A stretch of DNA of 42,598 bases from an uncultured Holophagales bacterium (GTDB lineage: Bacteria; Acidobacteriota; Thermoanaerobaculia; Multivoradales; UBA5704). Shown piece by piece: positions 40,095 to 42,598 of this stretch. Both the position numbers and the translations under genes were made by a program. The stretch covers positions 1 to 42,598 of the forward strand of contig CAWJGT010000026.1 in assembly GCA_963842525.1 (NCBI GenBank). The letters are read 5' to 3'. How positions within the stretch are numbered: the stretch's first letter is position 1; every line of letters begins with the position of its first letter. The notes below the pieces were generated by a model. It searched no databases. It was not told where the DNA came from and saw only the letters and a program-made list of their open reading frames with translations.

Positions 40095-40170
40095 GGCGCA
40101 TTCGTCTAGGGGTCCAGGACGCCGGCCTCTCACGCCGGTAACACGGGTTCGAATCCCGTATGCGCTACCA
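40095..40170 (+). tRNA. tRNA-Glu (anticodon CTC)
   Basis: GGCGCAT acceptor stem, CCGGC-CTCTCAC-GCCGG anticodon arm, GGTTCGAATCC T-arm, encoded CCA; 76 nt. Confidence 0.95.
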
Positions 40171-41650
40171 AACCCGCCAAATCGACCTTTTCCGGCCCTA
40201 ACTCGTTGAAAAGTATGGTAGTTATGGGTGTTCCAAGTGCTTTTCCGTCGAAGGTAACGCCGGCGGGGAAGATCATCTTTTGGAAACGCCGCTTCTGGTC
40301 CGGATCGGCGGCTTCCCAGAGCTTGTAAGTGTTTGTCAGGATGGCTCTTCCATAGCCCCACGAGGCCTCCATGTCGAAGTCCTCCAGGGCTGCATCCCGT
40401 AGTTCCAAGTGCGCAAAGGTTAGGGCCTCTTCCAGGCCGGCCAGCTCTTCGTCGTACATGGCTCGGTCGATGGCTTGATCGTAGATGTAGGCCTGGACCA
40501 GTCGCTTTTTCTTCTGCTCCAGCTCGCTCATGCGCCGCTTCACCACGGCGGCTTCCTGCTTCGACCCCCGCCGGAGCTCCTTCCAAAGGTCGAAAAGGGC
40601 ACCCTCGACCAGGCGCACGATTCCAGAGGCCAGCTCTACCTGCCGCAGGAGTTGCCCGAAGGCCTCGTCGAGGCTCTCCGCTCGGATCTGGACGGCGCCG
40701 CAGTCTTTCGCCCAGCAGCGGTAGTACCCGTATCGCACGCCCATCTTGCCGCGGCTCAGGGAGGCGGTCAGCGGCCGGCCGCAGGCCGCGCAACGCACGA
40801 AGCCGCGGAGGGGAAATTCAGGGTGCTCTTTCTGCCGCCGGACAATTCCAGGCGCCTCCGGACGGCCGACGAGCTGCATCTGGACCTGGGCCCAGGTCGT
40901 GGGATCGACGAGGGCCTCGTGCTGGCCTTGGGTCTCGATCCCCCAATGGTTGGAGCGCACGATGCCCTTGTAGAAAGGGTTGCGCAGCATCGGGCGGAAC
41001 TCCTGGAGGCGGACAGGCCGGCCTTTCTTGGTGGCGAGCCCCAGGGCGGTCACGCGACGGAGGACAGTCGCGGGTGCCTCGCCAGCGGCCACCGCCTCGA
41101 ACGCCTTCCGCACGAGCCGGGCCTGGTCGTCGGGGGCGACGATCTTCCGGCCGTCCGCGCTACGGTCGTTCCGGTAGCCGATGGGTGCCTTCCAGGGCCA
41201 CTTCCCGCGCGCCACGGTCTCTTTCATACCGGCCTCGATCTTCTCGGCGCGCAGCTCGTTGTCGAGCTGGTTGAAGACGGCGAAGACGCCTTCGATGGCC
41301 CGGCCCGCGGCGGTGTCTTCCAGAGGCTGGGTGGCAGCACGCAGGCGGACTCCCGATTTCATCAGGAGCTGCTTGAGGGATGTGTGGACGTAGACGTCGC
41401 GGGCGAAACGCGAGGTGTCGTAGACCACGATGTAGTCCACCCGGCCGGGGTGCGCCCGCAGGGCAGACATCATCTGCCGGAGGGCCGTCCGGTCCGCCGT
41501 CTTCGCGCTCTCCCCTTCTTCGCGGTAGACGGCCTCGACGGTCCAGCCGTTGCGGGCGCAGTACTCGCGGCAGGACTTTTCCTGGACGTCCAGGGACAGG
41601 TTGGAGACCTGTTCCTCGGACGAGACCCGGGTGTAGATGATGGCTTTCAT
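40130..41650 (-). CDS. Large serine recombinase (integrase) whose 3' end overlaps the tRNA
   Basis: YTRVSS (catalytic Ser), SRFAR, APIGY, LRNPFYKG, CAACG...YYRC...C zinc ribbon; C-terminus LVAHTGFEPVLPA is the tRNA antisense. Confidence 0.93.
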   Translation of the reverse strand: MKAIIYTRVSSEEQVSNLSLDVQEKSCREYCARNGWTVEAVYREEGESAKTADRTALRQMMSALRAHPGRVDYIVVYDTSRFARDVYVHTSLKQLLMKSGVRLRAATQPLEDTAAGRAIEGVFAVFNQLDNELRAEKIEAGMKETVARGKWPWKAPIGYRNDRSADGRKIVAPDDQARLVRKAFEAVAAGEAPATVLRRVTALGLATKKGRPVRLQEFRPMLRNPFYKGIVRSNHWGIETQGQHEALVDPTTWAQVQMQLVGRPEAPGIVRRQKEHPEFPLRGFVRCAACGRPLTASLSRGKMGVRYGYYRCWAKDCGAVQIRAESLDEAFGQLLRQVELASGIVRLVEGALFDLWKELRRGSKQEAAVVKRRMSELEQKKKRLVQAYIYDQAIDRAMYDEELAGLEEALTFAHLELRDAALEDFDMEASWGYGRAILTNTYKLWEAADPDQKRRFQKMIFPAGVTFDGKALGTPITTILFNELGPEKVDLAGLVAHTGFEPVLPA

Positions 41651-41693
41651 ATGGATGCTCCTATACGCTTGACTTTCATCGACGCGATTTATA

Positions 41694-41873
41694 TCACTTT
41701 TCGGGGTCCGGAGGTGGTCCGGCAGGCAGGTTTTTTGGGTAGCCCTGGCCGCGGAGGATGTCGAGGAGCAGGCGGGCCAGACGGTAGGCTTCGGCACGCT
41801 GTTCCTCGAGCTGGCGATCGTCGGCCGGCGCGTCGGCGCCCAGGATCTTGCGGCATTCGTCTAGGGAGAGCAT
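41694..41873 (-). CDS. Small hypothetical protein directly upstream of the integrase
   Basis: MLSLDECRKILG...AYRLARLLLD; ATG abuts the upstream ORF stop. Confidence 0.55.
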   Translation of the reverse strand: MLSLDECRKILGADAPADDRQLEEQRAEAYRLARLLLDILRGQGYPKNLPAGPPPDPEK

Positions 41874-42123
41874 CAGATGCGGCCCTCGGGCTTTTCGTCG
41901 TTCCGTGGATTGGCCGGCCGGCCTCTTCGGCGTTGCTCGGCGGCGAGGCGGCCGGCTCGGGACTGGTCGAGGAGCTTGCGGGCTGCGGGGAAGGGCCGCA
42001 GGTGCTTGCGGACCGTGGCTTGGGAGACGCCGAGCTTGAGGGCAATCTCTCGCACGGAGAGCGGAGGGCCGCTTCCCCCATTGTGCCAAGGGCCAACACG
42101 TCCACGGGATTGACTCTTTTCAT
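41873..42123 (-). CDS. Small HTH DNA-binding protein (frameshift near 42070)
   Basis: SVREIALKLGVSQATVRKHL; GGAGG SD before ATG 42123. Confidence 0.65.
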
Positions 42124-42598
42124 GGCTTCCTCCATTGACGGTTGCTATAGCGATCCAGGATCTTGCAGACGCCTGAAGGGGTGATCAGGCCCCGGACTCC
42201 GATGAAGACCGGTTCTTCGGTGCCCCAGATGCGGCGCTCGGAGATCCAGACCAGGACCCGGCCCCCGAGGTCGGTAGGCATCGTGGCGTTCCACAGGACG
42301 CCGCGGCGGCGTTGGACGACGATCTGGAGCCTGCCCCCGGCCATGGTGATCGAGGAGGCGCGCAGCCCGGAGATCTCGACCGCGGTAAAGCCGGCCGCGA
42401 CCAGCGCCAGGAGCGCGCCATCGCGCAGGCCCACCGGGCAGCCCGCGTATTGCCGGGCGAGATCGACCTGGGGCAGGTCGTAGGCTTGATCGGCGTCCAG
42501 GAGCATCAAAGGGATCCGGGCCGGCTGGGGCCGGAGTTGGGCGGTTGCGGAAGGAGGTCGTGGAGCCGGCCCAGGTAAGCTCGAAGGTGCCCGTCTCG
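42120..42598 (-). CDS. Degenerate/truncated tyrosine-recombinase-like protein (frame open to the window edge)
   Basis: GLRDGALLALVAAGFTAVEISGL resembles box I, but the Arg is replaced and the ORF stops before HxxR/Tyr. Confidence 0.55.
   Translation of the reverse strand, partial: RRAPSSLPGPAPRPPSATAQLRPQPARIPLMLLDADQAYDLPQVDLARQYAGCPVGLRDGALLALVAAGFTAVEISGLRASSITMAGGRLQIVVQRRRGVLWNATMPTDLGGRVLVWISERRIWGTEEPVFIGVRGLITPSGVCKILDRYSNRQWRKP

Larger units (their letters stand above)
40130..42598. mobile_element. Left end of an integrative element inserted at tRNA-Glu; continues beyond the window
   Basis: Integrase overlapping the tRNA 3' half, followed by small HTH and recombinase-like ORFs. Confidence 0.75.

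Overview
High-GC bacterial genomic window. The repeat style and gene content suggest an Acidobacteria/Thermoanaerobaculia-like or similar soil organism; this is inference only. The first ~10 kb carries many single-base frameshifts that look like assembly errors. From left to right: a coiled-coil exported protein; a MEDS protein plus hybrid histidine kinase; a 21-bp degenerate tandem array; an AbiEi/AbiEii type IV TA pair; and a visibly lower-GC island (~5.63-12.2 kb) encoding a CHAT protease, a cardiolipin-synthase-like PLD, an IspD-like/SDR fusion, a polytopic membrane protein and a CDP-alcohol phosphotransferase. A XerC/D-like tyrosine recombinase borders the island. Core-like genes follow (lolC/E-type permease, carA, YcaQ glycosylase, GH/GT/glf cluster, ClC-CBS-TrkA_C, sodC, murI, GerMN, amidase), then a TIR-STAND-WD40 protein, an FNR-like reductase with an FHA-GAF-cyclase, tRNA-Glu(CTC), and the left end of an element integrated in that tRNA by a large serine recombinase. 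Best candidate for an undescribed system: a perfect 23-bp inverted repeat (10147-10169 / 11819-11841) with recombinase core-site architecture. It brackets two convergent genes and contains the start codon of each, suggesting a whole-gene invertible switch in a lipid-modification island, next to a tyrosine recombinase and a probable structured ncRNA. Also notable: REP-like repeats, one apparently translated into a permease N-terminus, and a divergent twin element with boxA-like motifs and a heptad-repeat ORF.
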